Below are positions 23,901-41,900 of a DNA stretch of 64,000 nucleotides, piece by piece; the stretch's first letter is position 1, and each line of letters opens with the position of its first letter. Where the stretch lies: contig OZ024742.1 of assembly GCA_964016885.1 (NCBI GenBank), positions 3,844,001-3,908,000 on the forward strand. The letters run 5' to 3'. Origin of the DNA: Eledone cirrhosa (lineage: Eukaryota). The notes under the pieces are model-generated. The model made no database searches. It saw nothing but the letters and a program-made list of their open reading frames with translations, and was not told the origin of the DNA. The position numbers and the translations under genes were made by a program.

Positions 23901-26900
23901 GTCAGACACCATCAACTGTCAGACACCATCAACCGTCAGACATCATCAACCGTCAGACACCATCAACTGTCAGACACCTTCAACCGTCAGACACCATCAA
24001 CTGTCAGACACCATCAACTATCAGACACCATCAACCGTCAGACACCATCAGCTGTCAGACACCATCAACCGTCAAGCACCATCAACTGTCAGACACCATC
24101 AACTGTCAGACACCATCAACTGTCAGACACCATCAACTGTCGGACACCATCAACCGTCAGACACCATCAACTGTCAGACACCATCAACTGTCAGACCGCA
24201 TCAACTGTCGGACACCATCAACCGTCAGACACCATCAACCGTCAGACTCCATCAACTGTCAGACACCATCAACCGTCAAGCACCATCAATTGTCGGACAC
24301 CATCAACCGTCAGACACCATCAACTGTCAGACACCAACAACTGTCGGACACCATCAACCGTCAAACACCATCAACTGTCAGACACCATCAACTGTCAGAC
24401 ACCATCAACCGTCAGCACCATCAACTGTCAGACACCATCAACCGTCAGACACCATCAACTGTCAGACACCATCAACTGTCGGACACCATCAACCGTCAGA
24501 CACCATCAACTGTCAGACACCAACAACTGTCAGACACCATCAACCGTCAGACACCATCAACCGACAGACACCAACAACTGTCAGACCGCATCAACTGTCA
24601 GACACCATCAACCGTCAGATACCATCAACCGTCAGACACCATCAACCGTCAGACACCATCAACTGTCAGACACCATCAACTGTCAGACACCATCAACCGT
24701 CAGACACCATCAACTGTCAGCCACCATCAACCGTCAGACACCATCAACTGTCAGACACCATCAACCGTCAGACACCATCAACTGTCAGACACCATAAACT
24801 GTCAGACACCATCAACTGTCAGACACCATCAACCGTCAAGCACCATCAACTGTCAGACACCATCAACTGTCAGACACCATCAACTGTCAGACACCATCAA
24901 CCATCAGACACCATCAACTGTCGGACACCATCAACCGTCTAAGCACCATCAACTGTCGGACACCATCAACTGTTAGACACCATCAACTGTCGGACACCAT
25001 CAACCGTCAGATACCATCAACTGTCAGACACCATCAACAGTCAGATAACATCAACTGTCAGACACCATCAACCGTCAGACGCCATCAACCGTCAGATACC
25101 ATCAACTGTCAGACACCATCAACAGTCAGACACCATCAACTATCAGACACCGTCAATTGTCAGACACCATCAACCGTCAGACACCATCAACCGTCAGATA
25201 CCATCAACTGTCAGACACTATCAACAGTCAGACACCATCAACTGTCAGACACCATCAATTGTCAGACACCATCAACCGTCAGACACCATCAACTGTCAGA
25301 CACCATCAACTGTCGGACACCATCAACCGTCAGACACCATCAACTGTCAGACACCATCAACTGTCAGACACCATCAACAGTCAGACACCATCAACCGACA
25401 GACACCATCAACTGTCAGACACCATCAACTGCCAGACACCATCAACAGTCAGACACCATCAACTGTCAGACACCATCAACTGTCAGACACCATCAACCGT
25501 CAGACATCATCAACCGTCAGACACCATCAAACGTCAGACACCATCAACCGTCAGACACGATCAAACGTCAGACACCATCAACTGACAGACACCATCAACT
25601 ATCAGACACCATCAACCGTCAAGCACCATCAACTGTCAGACACCATCAACTGTCAGACACTATCAACTGTCCGACACCATCAACCATCAGACACCATCAA
25701 CTGTCGGACACCATCAACCGTCTAAGCACAATCAACTGTCAGACACCATCAACTGTCAGACACCATCAACCGTCGGACACCATCAACCGACAGACACCAT
25801 CAACTGTCAGACCGCATCAACTGTCAGACACCATCAACCGTCAGACATCATCAACCGTCAGACACCATCAACCGTCAGACACCATCAACCGTCAGACACC
25901 ATCAACTGTCAGACTCCATCAACTGTCAGACACCATCAACCGTCAGACTCCATCAACCGTCAGACACCATCAACCGTCGGACACCATCAACCGTCAGACA
26001 CCATCAACTGTCAGACTCCATCAACTGTCAGACACCATCAACCGTCAAGCACCATCAACTGTCAGACACCATCAACCGTCAGACACCATCAACTGTCAGA
26101 CACCATCAACTGTCAGACACCATCAACCGTCAAGCACCATCAACTGTCAGACACCATCAACCGTCAGACACCATCAACTGTCAGACACCATCAACTGTCG
26201 GACACCATCAACCGTCAGACACCATCAACTGTCAGACACCAACAACGGTCAGACACCATCAACCGTCAGACACCATCAACCGACAGACACCATCAACTGT
26301 CAGACCGCATCAACTGTCAGACACCATCATCCGTCAGATACCATCAACCGTCAGACACCATCAACCGTCAGACACCATCAACCGTCAGACAACATCAACT
26401 GTCAGACACCATCAACTGTCCGACACCATCAACTGTCAGACACCATATACCGTCAGACACCAACAACTGTCAGACACCATCAACCGTCAGACACCATCAA
26501 CTGTCAGACACCATCAACCGTCAGACACCATCAACTGTCAGACACCATCAACCGTCAGACATCATCAACCGTCAGACACCATCAAACGTCAGACACCATC
26601 AACCGACAGACACCATCAACTGTCAGACCGCATCAACTGTCAGACACCATCAACTGTCAGACACCATCAATTGTCAGACCCCCATCAACCGTCAGACACC
26701 ATCAACTGTCAGACACCATCAACTGCCAGACACCATCAACAGTCAGACACCATCAACTGTCAGACACCATCAACTGTCAGACACCATCAACCGTCAGACA
26801 TCATCAACCGTCAGACACCATCAAACGTCATACACCATCAACCGTCAGACACGATCAAACGTCAGACACCATCAACTGACAGACACCATCAACTGTCAGA

Positions 26901-29900
26901 CACCATTAACCGTCAAGCACCATCAACTGTCAGACACCATCAACTGTCAGACACCATCAACTGTCCGACACCATCAACCATCAGACACCATCAACTGTCG
27001 GACACCATCAACTGTCGGACACCATCAACCGTCAGATACCATCAACTGTCAGACACCATCAACCGTCAGATACCATCAACTGTCAGACACCATCAACCGT
27101 CAAGCACCATCAACTGTCAGACACCATCAACTGTCAGACACCATCAACTGTCAGACACCATCAACCATCTGACACCATCAACTGTCGGACACCATCAACT
27201 GTCGGACACCATCAGCCTTCTAAGCACCATCAACTGTCGGCCACCATCAACTGTCAGAAACCATCAACTGTCGGACATCATCAACCGTCAGATGCCATCA
27301 ACTGTCAGACACCATCAACAGACAAACACCATCAACTGTCAGACACCATCAACCGTCAGACGCCATCAACCGTCAGACACCATCAACCGTCAGATACCAT
27401 CAACTGTCAGACACCATCAACAGTCAGACACCATCAACTGTCAGACACCATCAATTGTCAGACACCATGAACCGTCAGACACCATCAACCGTCAGATACC
27501 ATCAACTGTCAGACACTATCAACAGTCAGACACCATCAACTGTCAGACACCATCAATTGTCAGACACCATCAACCGTCAGACACCATCAACCGTCAGATA
27601 CCATCAACTGTCAGACACCATCAACAGTCAGACACCATCAACTGTCAGACACCATCAATTGTCTGACACCATCAACCGTCAGACACCATCAACTGTCAGA
27701 CACCATCAACTGTCAGACACCATCAACAGTCAGACATCATCAACTGTCAGACACCATCAACTGTCAGACACCATCAACCGTCAGACATCATCAACCGTCA
27801 GACACCATCAACTGTCAGACACCTTCAACCGTCAGACACCATCAACTGTCAGACACCATCAACTATCAGACACCATCAACCGTCAGACACCATCAACTGT
27901 CAGACACCATCAACCGTCAAGCACCATCAACTGTCAGACACTATCAACTGTCAGACACCATCAACTGTCAGACACCATCAACTGTCGGACACCATCAACC
28001 GTCAGACACCATCAACTGTCAGACACCATCAACTGTCAGACCGCATCAACTGTCGGACACCATCAACCGTCAGACACCATCAACCGTCAGACTCCATCAA
28101 CTGTCAGACACCATCAACTGTCAGACACCATCAACAGTCAGACACCATCAACCGACAGACACCATCAACTGTCAGACACCATCAACTGCCAGACACCATC
28201 AACAGTCAGACACCATCAACTGTCAGACACCATCAACTGTCAGACACCATCAACCGTCAGACATCATCAACCGTCAGACACCATCAAACGTCAGACACCA
28301 TCAACCGTCAGACACGATCAAACGTCAGACACCATCAACTGACAGACACCATCAACTATCAGACACCATCAACCGTCAAGCACCATCAACTGTCAGACAC
28401 CATCAACTGTCAGACACTATCAACTGTCCGACACCATCAACCATCAGACACCATCAACTGTCGGACACCATCAACCGTCTAAGCACAATCAACTGTCAGA
28501 CACCATCAACTGTCAGACACCATCAACCGTCGGACACCATCAACCGACAGACACCATCAACTGTCAGACCGCATCAACTGTCAGACACCATCAACCGTCA
28601 GACATCATCAACCGTCAGACACCATCAACCGTCAGACACCATCAACCGTCAGACACCATCAACTGTCAGACTCCATCAACTGTCAGACACCATCAACCGT
28701 CAGACTCCATCAACCGTCAGACACCATCAACCGTCGGACACCATCAACCGTCAGACACCATCAACTGTCAGACTCCATCAACTGTCAGACACCATCAACC
28801 GTCAAGCACCATCAACTGTCAGACACCATCAACCGTCAGACACCATCAACTGTCAGACACCATCAACTGTCAGACACCATCAACCGTCAAGCACCATCAA
28901 CTGTCAGACACCATCAACCGTCAGACACCATCAACTGTCAGACACCATCAACTGTCGGACACCATCAACCGTCAGACACCATCAACTGTCAGACACCAAC
29001 AACGGTCAGACACCATCAACCGTCAGACACCATCAACCGACAGACACCATCAACTGTCAGACCGCATCAACTGTCAGACACCATCATCCGTCAGATACCA
29101 TCAACCGTCAGACACCATCAACCGTCAGACACCATCAACCGTCAGACAACATCAACTGTCAGACACCATCAACTGTCCGACACCATCAACTGTCAGACAC
29201 CATATACCGTCAGACACCAACAACTGTCAGACACCATCAACCGTCAGACACCATCAACTGTCAGACACCATCAACCGTCAGACACCATCAACTGTCAGAC
29301 ACCATCAACCGTCAGACATCATCAACCGTCAGACACCATCAAACGTCAGACACCATCAACCGACAGACACCATCAACTGTCAGACCGCATCAACTGTCAG
29401 ACACCATCAACTGTCAGACACCATCAATTGTCAGACCCCCATCAACCGTCAGACACCATCAACTGTCAGACACCATCAACTGCCAGACACCATCAACAGT
29501 CAGACACCATCAACTGTCAGACACCATCAACTGTCAGACACCATCAACCGTCAGACATCATCAACCGTCAGACACCATCAAACGTCATACACCATCAACC
29601 GTCAGACACGATCAAACGTCAGACACCATCAACTGACAGACACCATCAACTGTCAGACACCATTAACCGTCAAGCACCATCAACTGTCAGACACCATCAA
29701 CTGTCAGACACCATCAACTGTCCGACACCATCAACCATCAGACACCATCAACTGTCGGACACCATCAACTGTCGGACACCATCAACCGTCAGATACCATC
29801 AACTGTCAGACACCATCAACCGTCAGATACCATCAACTGTCAGACACCATCAACCGTCAAGCACCATCAACTGTCAGACACCATCAACTGTCAGACACCA

Positions 29901-32900
29901 TCAACTGTCAGACACCATCAACCATCTGACACCATCAACTGTCGGACACCATCAACTGTCGGACACCATCAGCCTTCTAAGCACCATCAACTGTCGGCCA
30001 CCATCAACTGTCAGAAACCATCAACTGTCGGACATCATCAACCGTCAGATGCCATCAACTGTCAGACACCATCAACAGACAAACACCATCAACTGTCAGA
30101 CACCATCAACCGTCAGACGCCATCAACCGTCAGACACCATCAACCGTCAGATACCATCAACTGTCAGACACCATCAACAGTCAGACACCATCAACTGTCA
30201 GACACCATCAATTGTCAGACACCATGAACCGTCAGACACCATCAACCGTCAGATACCATCAACTGTCAGACACTATCAACAGTCAGACACCATCAACTGT
30301 CAGACACCATCAATTGTCAGACACCATCAACCGTCAGACACCATCAACCGTCAGATACCATCAACTGTCAGACACCATCAACAGTCAGACACCATCAACT
30401 GTCAGACACCATCAATTGTCTGACACCATCAACCGTCAGACACCATCAACTGTCAGACACCATCAACTGTCAGACACCATCAACAGTCAGACATCATCAA
30501 CTGTCAGACACCATCAACTGTCAGACACCATCAACCGTCAGACATCATCAACCGTCAGACACCATCAACTGTCAGACACCTTCAACCGTCAGACACCATC
30601 AACTGTCAGACACCATCAACTATCAGACACCATCAACCGTCAGACACCATCAACTGTCAGACACCATCAACCGTCAAGCACCATCAACTGTCAGACACTA
30701 TCAACTGTCAGACACCATCAACTGTCAGACACCATCAACTGTCGGACACCATCAACCGTCAGACACCATCAACTGTCAGACACCATCAACTGTCAGACCG
30801 CATCAACTGTCGGACACCATCAACCGTCAGACACCATCAACCGTCAGACTCCATCAACTGTCAGACACCATCAACCGTCAAGCACCATCAATTGTCGGAC
30901 ACCATCAACCGTCAGACACCATCAACTGTCAGACACCATCAACTGTCGGACACCATCAACCGTCAAACACCATCAACTGTCAGACACCATCAACTGTCAG
31001 ACACCATCAACCGTCAGCACCATCAACTGTCAGACACCATCAACCGTCAGACACCATCAACTGTCAGACACCATCAACTGTCGGACACCATCAACCGTCA
31101 GACACCATCAACTGTCAGACACCAACAACTGTCAGACACCATCAACCGTCAGACACCATCAACCGACAGACACCATCAACTGTCAGACCGCATCAACTGT
31201 CAGACACCATCAACCGTCAGATACCATCAACCGTCAGATAACATCAACTGTCAGACACCATCAACCGTCAGACGCCATCAACCGTCAGATACCATCAACT
31301 GTCAGACACCATCAACTGTCGGACACCATCAACCGTCAGACACCATCAACTGTCAGACACCAACAACTGTCAGACACCATCAACCGTCAGACACCATCAA
31401 CCGACAGACACCATCAACTGTCAGACCGCATCAACTGTCAGACACCATCAACCGTCAGACACCATTAACAGTCAGATAACATCAACTGTCAGACACCATC
31501 AACCGTCAGACGCCATCAACCGTCAGATACCATCAACTGTCAGACACCATCAACAGTCAGACACCATCAACTATCAGACACCGTCAATTGTCAGACACCA
31601 TCAACCGTCAGACACCATCAACCGTCAGATACCATCAACTGTCAGACACCATCAACAGTCAGACACCATCAACTATCAGACACCGTCAATTGTCAGACAC
31701 CATCAACCGTCAGACACCATCAACCGTCAGATACCATCAACTGTCAGACACTATCAACAGTCAGACACCATCAACTGTCAGACACCATCAATTGTCAAAC
31801 ACCATCAACCGTCAGACACCATCAACTGTCAGACACCATCAACTGTCGGACACCATCAACCGTCAGACACCATCAACTGTCAGACACCATCAACTGTCAG
31901 ACACCATCAACAGTCAGACACCATCAACCGACAGACACCATCAACTGTCAGACACCATCAACTGCCAGACACCATCAACAGTCAGACACCATCAACTGTC
32001 AGACACCATCAACTGTCAGACACCATCAACCGTCAGACATCATCAACCGTCAGACACCATCAAACGTCAGACACCATCAACCGTCAGACACGATCAAACG
32101 TCAGACACCATCAACTGACAGACACCATCAACTATCAGACACCATCAACCGTCAAGCACCATCAACTGTCAGACACCATCAACTGTCAGACACTATCAAC
32201 TGTCCGACACCATCAACCATCAGACACCATCAACTGTCGGACACCATCAACCGTCTAAGCACAATCAACTGTCAGACACCATCAACTGTCAGACACCATC
32301 AACCGTCGGACACCATCAACCGACAGACACCATCAACTGTCAGACCGCATCAACTGTCAGACACCATCAACCGTCAGACATCATCAACCGTCAGACACCA
32401 TCAACCGTCAGACACCATCAACCGTCAGACACCATCAACTGTCAGACTCCATCAACTGTCAGACACCATCAACCGTCAGACTCCATCAACCGTCAGACAC
32501 CATCAACCGTCGGACACCATCAACCGTCAGACACCATCAACTGTCAGACTCCATCAACTGTCAGACACCATCAACCGTCAAGCACCATCAACTGTCAGAC
32601 ACCATCAACCGTCAGACACCATCAACTGTCAGACACCATCAACTGTCAGACACCATCAACCGTCAAGCACCATCAACTGTCAGACACCATCAACCGTCAG
32701 ACACCATCAACTGTCAGACACCATCAACTGTCGGACACCATCAACCGTCAGACACCATCAACTGTCAGACACCAACAACGGTCAGACACCATCAACCGTC
32801 AGACACCATCAACCGACAGACACCATCAACTGTCAGACCGCATCAACTGTCAGACACCATCATCCGTCAGATACCATCAACCGTCAGACACCATCAACCG

Positions 32901-35900
32901 TCAGACACCATCAACCGTCAGACAACATCAACTGTCAGACACCATCAACTGTCCGACACCATCAACTGTCAGACACCATATACCGTCAGACACCAACAAC
33001 TGTCAGACACCATCAACCGTCAGACACCATCAACTGTCAGACACCATCAACCGTCAGACCGCATCAACTGTCAGACACCATCAACCGTCAGACACCATCA
33101 ACTGTCAGACACCATCAACCGTCAGACATCATCAACCGTCAGACACCATCAAACGTCAGACACCATCAACCGACAGACACCATCAACTGTCAGACCGCAT
33201 CAACTGTCAGACACCATCAACTGTCAGACACCATCAATTGTCAGACCCCCATCAACCGTCAGACACCATCAACTGTCAGACACCATCAACTGCCAGACAC
33301 CATCAACAGTCAGACACCATCAACTGTCAGACACCATCAACTGTCAGACACCATCAACCGTCAGACATCATCAACCGTCAGACACCATCAAACGTCATAC
33401 ACCATCAACCGTCAGACACGATCAAACGTCAGACACCATCAACTGACAGACACCATCAACTGTCAGACACCATTAACCGTCAAGCACCATCAACTGTCAG
33501 ACACCATCAACTGTCAGACACCATCAACTGTCCGACACCATCAACCATCAGACACCATCAACTGTCGGACACCATCAACTGTCGGACACCATCAACCGTC
33601 AGATACCATCAACTGTCAGACACCATCAACCGTCAGATACCATCAACTGTCAGACACCATCAACCGTCAAGCACCATCAACTGTCAGACACCATCAACTG
33701 TCAGACACCATCAACTGTCAGACACCATCAACCATCTGACACCATCAACTGTCGGACACCATCAACTGTCGGACACCATCAACCTTCTAAGCACCATCAA
33801 CTGTCGGCCACCATCAACTGTCAGAAACCATCAACTGTCGGACATCATCAACCGTCAGATGCCATCAACTGTCAGACACCATCAACAGACAAACACCATC
33901 AACTGTCAGACACCATCAACCGTCAGACGCCATCAACCGTCAGACACCATCAACCGTCAGATACCATCAACTGTCAGACACCATCAACAGTCAGACACCA
34001 TCAACTGTCAGACACCATCAATTGTCAGACACCATGAACCGTCAGACACCATCAACCGTCAGATACCATCAACTGTCAGACACTATCAACAGTCAGACAC
34101 CATCAACTGTCAGACACCATCAATTGTCAGACACCATCAACCGTCAGACACCATCAACCGTCAGATACCATCAACTGTCAGACACCATCAACAGTCAGAC
34201 ACCATCAACTGTCAGACACCATCAATTGTCTGACACCATCAACCGTCAGACACCATCAACTGTCAGACACCATCAACTGTCAGACACCATCAACAGTCAG
34301 ACATCATCAACTGTCAGACACCATCAACTGTCAGACACCATCAACCGTCAGACATCATCAACCGTCAGACACCATCAACTGTCAGACACCTTCAACCGTC
34401 AGACACCATCAACTGTCAGACACCATCAACTATCAGACACCATCAACCGTCAGACACCATCAACTGTCAGACACCATCAACCGTCAAGCACCATCAACTG
34501 TCAGACACTATCAACTGTCAGACACCATCAACTGTCAGACACCATCAACTGTCGGACACCATCAACCGTCAGACACCATCAACTGTCAGACACCATCAAC
34601 TGTCAGACCGCATCAACTGTCGGACACCATCAACCGTCAGACACCATCAACCGTCAGACTCCATCAACTGTCAGACACCATCAACCGTCAAGCACCATCA
34701 ATTGTCGGACACCATCAACCGTCAGACACCATCAACTGTCAGACACCATCAACTGTCGGACACCATCAACCGTCAAACACCATCAACTGTCAGACACCAT
34801 CAACTGTCAGACACCATCAACCGTCAGCACCATCAACTGTCAGACACCATCAACCGTCAGACACCATCAACTGTCAGACACCATCAACTGTCGGACACCA
34901 TCAACCGTCAGACACCATCAACTGTCAGACACCAACAACTGTCAGACACCATCAACCGTCAGACACCATCAACCGACAGACACCATCAACTGTCAGACCG
35001 CATCAACTGTCAGACACCATCAACCGTCAGATACCATCAACCGTCAGACACCATCAACCGTCAGACACCATCAACTGTCAGACACCATCAACTGTCAGAC
35101 ACCATCAACCGTCAGACACCATCAACTGTCAGCCACCATCAACCGTCAGACACCATCAACTGTCAGACACCATCAACCGTCAGACACCATCAACTGTCAG
35201 ACACCATAAACTGTCAGACACCATCAACTGTCAGACACCATCAACCGTCAAGCACCATCAACTGTCAGACACCATCAACTGTCAGACACCATCAACTGTC
35301 AGACACCATCAACCATCAGACACCATCAACTGTCGGACACCATCAACCGTCTAAGCACCATCAACTGTCGGACACCATCAACTGTTAGACACCATCAACT
35401 GTCGGACACCCTCAACCGTCAGATACCATCAACTGTCAGACACCATCAACAGTCAGATACCATCAACTGTCAGACACCATCAACCGTCAGACGCCATCAA
35501 CCGTCAGATACCATCAACTGTCAGACACCATCAACAGTCAGACACCATCAACTATCAGACACCGTCAATTGTCAGACACCATCAACCGTCAGACACCATC
35601 AACCGTCAAATACCATCAACTGTCAGACACTATCAACAGTCAGACACCATCAACTGTCAGACACCATCAATTGTCAGACACCATCAACCGTCAGACACCA
35701 TCAACTGTCAGACACCATCAACTGTCGGACACCATCAACCGTCAGACACCATCAACTGTCAGACACCATCAACTGTCAGACACCATCAACAGTCAGACAC
35801 CATCAACCGACAGACACCATCAACTGTCAGACACCATCAACTGTCAGACACCATCAACTGTCAGACACCATCAACCGTCAGACACCATCAACTGTCAGAC

Positions 35901-38900
35901 ACCATCAACCGTCAGACACCATCAACCGTCAGACACCATCAACCGTCAGACACCATCAACCGTCAGACACTCTCAACTGTCAGACACCATCAACCGTCAG
36001 ACACACTCAACTGTCAGACACCATCAACCGTCAGACACCATCAACTGTCAGACACCATCAACTGTCAGACACCATCAACGGTCAGACACCATCAACCGAC
36101 AGACACCATCAACTGTCAGACACCATCAACCGTCAGACACACTCAACTGTCAGACACCATCAACCGTCAGACACCATCAACCGTCAGACACCATCAAACG
36201 TCAGACACCATCAACCGTCAGACACCATCAACTGTCAGACACCATCAACCGTCAGACACTCTCAACTGTCAGACACCATCAACTGTCAGACACCATCAAC
36301 TGTCAGACACCATCAACCGTCAGACACCATCAACTGTCAGACACCATCAACCGTCAGACACCATCAACCGTCAGACACCATCAACCGTCAGACACCATCA
36401 ACCGTCAGACACCATCAACTGCCAGACACCATCAACCGTCAGACACCATCAACTGTCAGACACCATCAACTGTCGAACACCATCAACTGTCAGACACCAT
36501 CAACTGTCAGACACCATCAACTGTCAGACACCATCAACCGTCAGACACCATCAACCGACAGACACCATCAACTGTCAGACCGCATCAACTGTCAGACACC
36601 ATCAACCGTCAGACACCATCAACCGTCAGACACCATCAACCGTCAGACACCATCAACTGTCAGACACCATCAACTGTCAGACACCATCAACTGTCAGACG
36701 CCATCAACCGTCAGACACCATCAACTGTGAGACACCATCAACCGTCAGACACCATCAACTGTCAGACACCATCAACCGTTCAGACACCATCAACCGTCAG
36801 ACACCATCAACCGTCAGACACCATCAACCGTCAGACACCATCAACTGTCAGACTCCATCAACTGTCAGACACCATCAATCGTCAGACACCATCAACTGTC
36901 AGACACCATCAACCGTCAAGCACCATCACCTGTCAGACACCATCAACCGTCAGACACCATCAACTGTCAGACACCATCAACTGTCGGACACCATCAACCG
37001 TCATACACCATCAACTGTCAGACACCATCAACTGTCAGACACCATCAACCGTCAGACACCATCAACTGTCAGACACCATCAACCGTCAGACATCATCAAC
37101 CGTCAGACACCATCAAACGTCAGACACCATCAACCGACAGACACCATCAACTGTCAGACCGCATCAACTGTCAGACACCATCAACTGTCAGACACCATCA
37201 ATGGTCAGACCCCATCAACCGTCAGACACCATCAACTGTCAGACACCATCAACTGCCAGACACCATCAACAGTCAGACACCATCAACTGTCAGACACCAT
37301 CAACTGTCAGACACCATCAACCGTCAGACATCATCAACCGTCAGACACCATCAAACGTCAGACACCATCAACCGTCAGACACGATCAAACGTCAGACACC
37401 ATCAACTGACAGACACCATCAACTGTCAGACACCATCAACCGTCAAGCACCATCAACTGTCAGACACCATCAACTGTCAGACACCATCAACTGTCCGACA
37501 CCATCAACCATCAGACACCATCAACTGTCTGACACCATCAACCGTCTAAGCACAATCAACTGTCAGACACCATCAACTGTCAGACACCATCAACCGTCGG
37601 ACACCATCAACCGAAAGACACCATCAACTGTCAGACCGCATCAACTGTCAGACACCATCAACCGTCAGACACCATCAACCGTCAGACACCATCAACCGTC
37701 AGACACAATCAACCGTCAGACACCATCAACTGTCAGACTCCATCAACTGTCAGACACCATCAACCGTCAGACTCCATCAACCGTCAGACACCATCAACCG
37801 TCAGACACCATCAACCGTCAGACACCATCAACTGTCAGACTCCATCAACTGTCAGACACCATCAACCGTCAAGCACCATCAACTGTCAGACACAATCAAC
37901 CGTCAGACACCATCAACTGTCAGACACCATCAACTGTCGGACACCATCAACCGTCAGACACCATCAACTGTCAGACACCATCAACTGTCAGACACCATCA
38001 ACCGTCAAGCACCATCAACTGTCAGACACCATCAACCGTCAGACACCATCAACTGTCAGACACCATCAACTGTCGGACACCATCAACCGTCAGACACCAT
38101 CAACTGTCAGACACCAACAACTGTCAGACACCATCAACCGTAAGACACCATCAACCGTCAGACACCATCAACTGTCAGACACCATCAACCGTCAGACACC
38201 ATCAACTGTCAGACACCATCAACCGTCAGACACCATCAACTGTCAGACACCATCAACCGTCAGACACCATCAACTGTCAGACACCATCAACCGTCAGACA
38301 TCATCAACCGTCAGACACCATCAAATGTCAGACACCATCAACCGACAGACACCATCAACTGTCAGACCGCATCAACTGTCAGACACCATCAACTGTCAGA
38401 CCCCATCAACCGTCAGACACCATCAACTGTCAGACACCATCAACTGCCAGACACCATCAACAGTCAGACACCATCAACTGTCAGACACCATCAACTGTCA
38501 GACACCATCAACCGTCAGACATCATCAACCGTCAGACACCATCAAACGTCAGACACCATCAACCGTCAGACACGATCAAACGTCAGACACCATCAACTGA
38601 CAGACACCATCAACTGTCAGACACCATCAACCGTCAAGCACCATCAACTGTCAGACACCATCAACTGTCAGACACCATCAACTGTCCGACACCATCAACC
38701 ATCAGACACCATCAACTGTCGGACACCATCAACTGTCGGACACCATCAACCGTCAGATACCATCAACTGTCAGACACCATCAACTGTCAGACACCATCAA
38801 CTGTCGGACACCATCAACCGTCAGATACCATCAACTGTCAGACACCATCAACCGTCAAGCACCATCAACTGTCAGACACCATCAACTGTCAGACACCATC

Positions 38901-41900
38901 AACTGTCAGACACCATCAACCATCTTACACCATCAACTGTCGGACACCATCAACCTTCTAAGCACCATCAACTGTCGGCCACCATCAACTGTCAGACACC
39001 ATCAACTGTCGGACACCATCAACCGTCAGATGCCATCAACTGTCAGACACCATCAACAGACAAACACCATCAACTGTCAGACACCATCAACCGTCAGACG
39101 CCATCAACCGTCAGACACCATCAACCGTCAGATACCATCAACTGTCAGACACCATCAACAGTCAGACACCATCAACTGTCAGACACCATCAATTGTCAGA
39201 CACCATGAACCGTCAGACACCATCAACCGTCAGATACCATCAACTGTCAGACACTATCAACAGTCAGACACCATCAACTGTCAGACACCATCAATTGTCA
39301 GACACCATCAACCGTCAGACACCTTCAACCGTCAGATACCATCAACTGTCAGACACCATCAACAGTCAGACACCATCAACTGTCAGACACCATCAATTGT
39401 CAGACACCATCAACCGTCAGACACCATCAACTGTCAGACACCATCAACTGTCAGACACCATCAACAGTCAGACATCATCAACTGTCAGACACCATCAACT
39501 GTCAGACACCATCAACCGTCAGACATCATCAACCGTCAGACACCATCAACTGTCAGACACCTTCAACCGTCAGACACCATCAACTGTCAGACACCATCAA
39601 CTATCAGACACCATCAACCGTCAGACACCATCAGCTGTCAGACACCATCAACCGTCAAGCACCATCAACTGTCAGACACCATCAACTGTCAGACACCATC
39701 AACTGTCAGACACCATCAACTGTCGGACACCATCAACCGTCAGACACCATCAACTGTCAGACACCATCAACTGTCAGACCGCATCAACTGTCGGACACCA
39801 TCAACCGTCAGACACCATCAACCGTCAGACTCCATCAACTGTCAGACACCATCAACCGTCAAGCACCATCAATTGTCGGACACCATCAACCGTCAGACAC
39901 CATCAACTGTCAGACACCAACAACTGTCGGACACCATCAACCGTCAAACACCATCAACTGTCAGACACCATCAACCGTCAGCACCATCAACTGTCAGACA
40001 CCATCAACCGTCAGACACCATCAACTGTCAGACACCATCAACTGTCGGACACCATCAACCGTCAGACACCATCAACTGTCAGACACCAACAACTGTCAGA
40101 CACCATCAACCGTCAGACACCATCAACCGACAGACACCAACAACTGTCATACCGCATCAACTGTCAGACACCATCAACCGTCAGATACCATCAACCGTCA
40201 GACACCATCAACCGTCAGACACCATCAACTGTCAGACACCATCAACTGTCAGACACCATCAACCGTCAGACACCATCAACTGTCAGCCACCATCAACCGT
40301 CAGACACCATCAACTGTCAGACACCATCAACCGTCAGACACCATCAACTGTCAGACACCATAAACTGTCAGACACCATCAACTGTCAGACACCATCAACC
40401 GTCAAGCACCATCAACTGTCAGACACCATCAACTGTCAGACACCATCAACTGTCAGACACCATCAACCATCAGACACCATCAACTGTCGGACACCATCAA
40501 CCGTCTAAGCACCATCAACTGTCGGACACCATCAACTGTTATACACCATCAACTGTCGGACACCATCAACCGTCAGATACCATCAACTGTCAGACACCAT
40601 CAACAGTCAGATAACATCAACTGTCAGACACCATCAACCGTCAGACGCCATCAACCGTCAGATACCATCAACTGTCAGACACCATCAACAGTCAGACACC
40701 ATCAACTATCAGACACCGTCAATTGTCAGACACCATCAACCGTCAGACACCATCAACCGTCAGATACCATCAACTGTCAGACACTATCAACAGTCAGACA
40801 CCATCAACTGTCAGACACCATCAATTGTCAGACACCATCAACCGTCAGACACCATCAACTGTCAGACACCATCAACTGTCGGACACCATCAACCGTCAGA
40901 CACCATCAACTGTCAGACACCATCAACTGTCAGACACCATCAACAGTCAGACACCATCAACCGACAGACACCATCAACTGTCAGACACCATCAACTGCCA
41001 GACACCATCAACAGTCAGACACCATCAGCTGTCAGACACCATCAACTGTCAGACACCATCAACCGTCAGACATCATCAACCGTCAGACACCATCAAACGT
41101 CAGACACCATCAACCGTCAGACACGATCAAACGTCAGACACCATCAACTGACAGACACCATCAACTATCAGACACCATCGACCGTCAAGCACCATCAACT
41201 GTCAGACACCATCAACTGTCAGACACTATCAACTGTCCGACACCATCAACCATCAGACACCATCAACTGTCGGACACCATCAACCGTCTAAGCACAATCA
41301 ACTGTCAGACACCATCAACTGTCAGACACCATCAACCGTCGGACACCATCAACCGACAGACACCATCAACTGTCAGACCGCATCAACTGTCAGACACCAT
41401 CAACCGTCAGACATCATCAACCGTCAGACACCATCAACCGTCAGACACCATCAACCGTCAGACACCATCAACTGTCAGACTCCATCAACTGTCAGACACC
41501 ATCAACCGTCAGACTCCATCAACCGTCAGACACCATCAACCGTCGGACACCATCAACCGTCAGACACCATCAACTGTCAGACTCCATCAACTGTCAGACA
41601 CCATCAACCGTCAAGCACCATCAACTGTCAGACACCATCAACCGTCAGACACCATCAACTGTCAGACACCATCAACTGTCAGACACCATCAACCGTCAAG
41701 CACCATCAACTGTCAGACACCATCAACCGTCAGACACCATCAACTGTCAGACACCATCAACTGTCGGACACCATCAACCGTCAGACACCATCAACTGTCA
41801 GACACCAACAACGGTCAGACACCATCAACCGTCAGACACCATCAACCGACAGACACCATCAACTGTCAGACCGCATCAACTGTCAGACACCATCATCCGT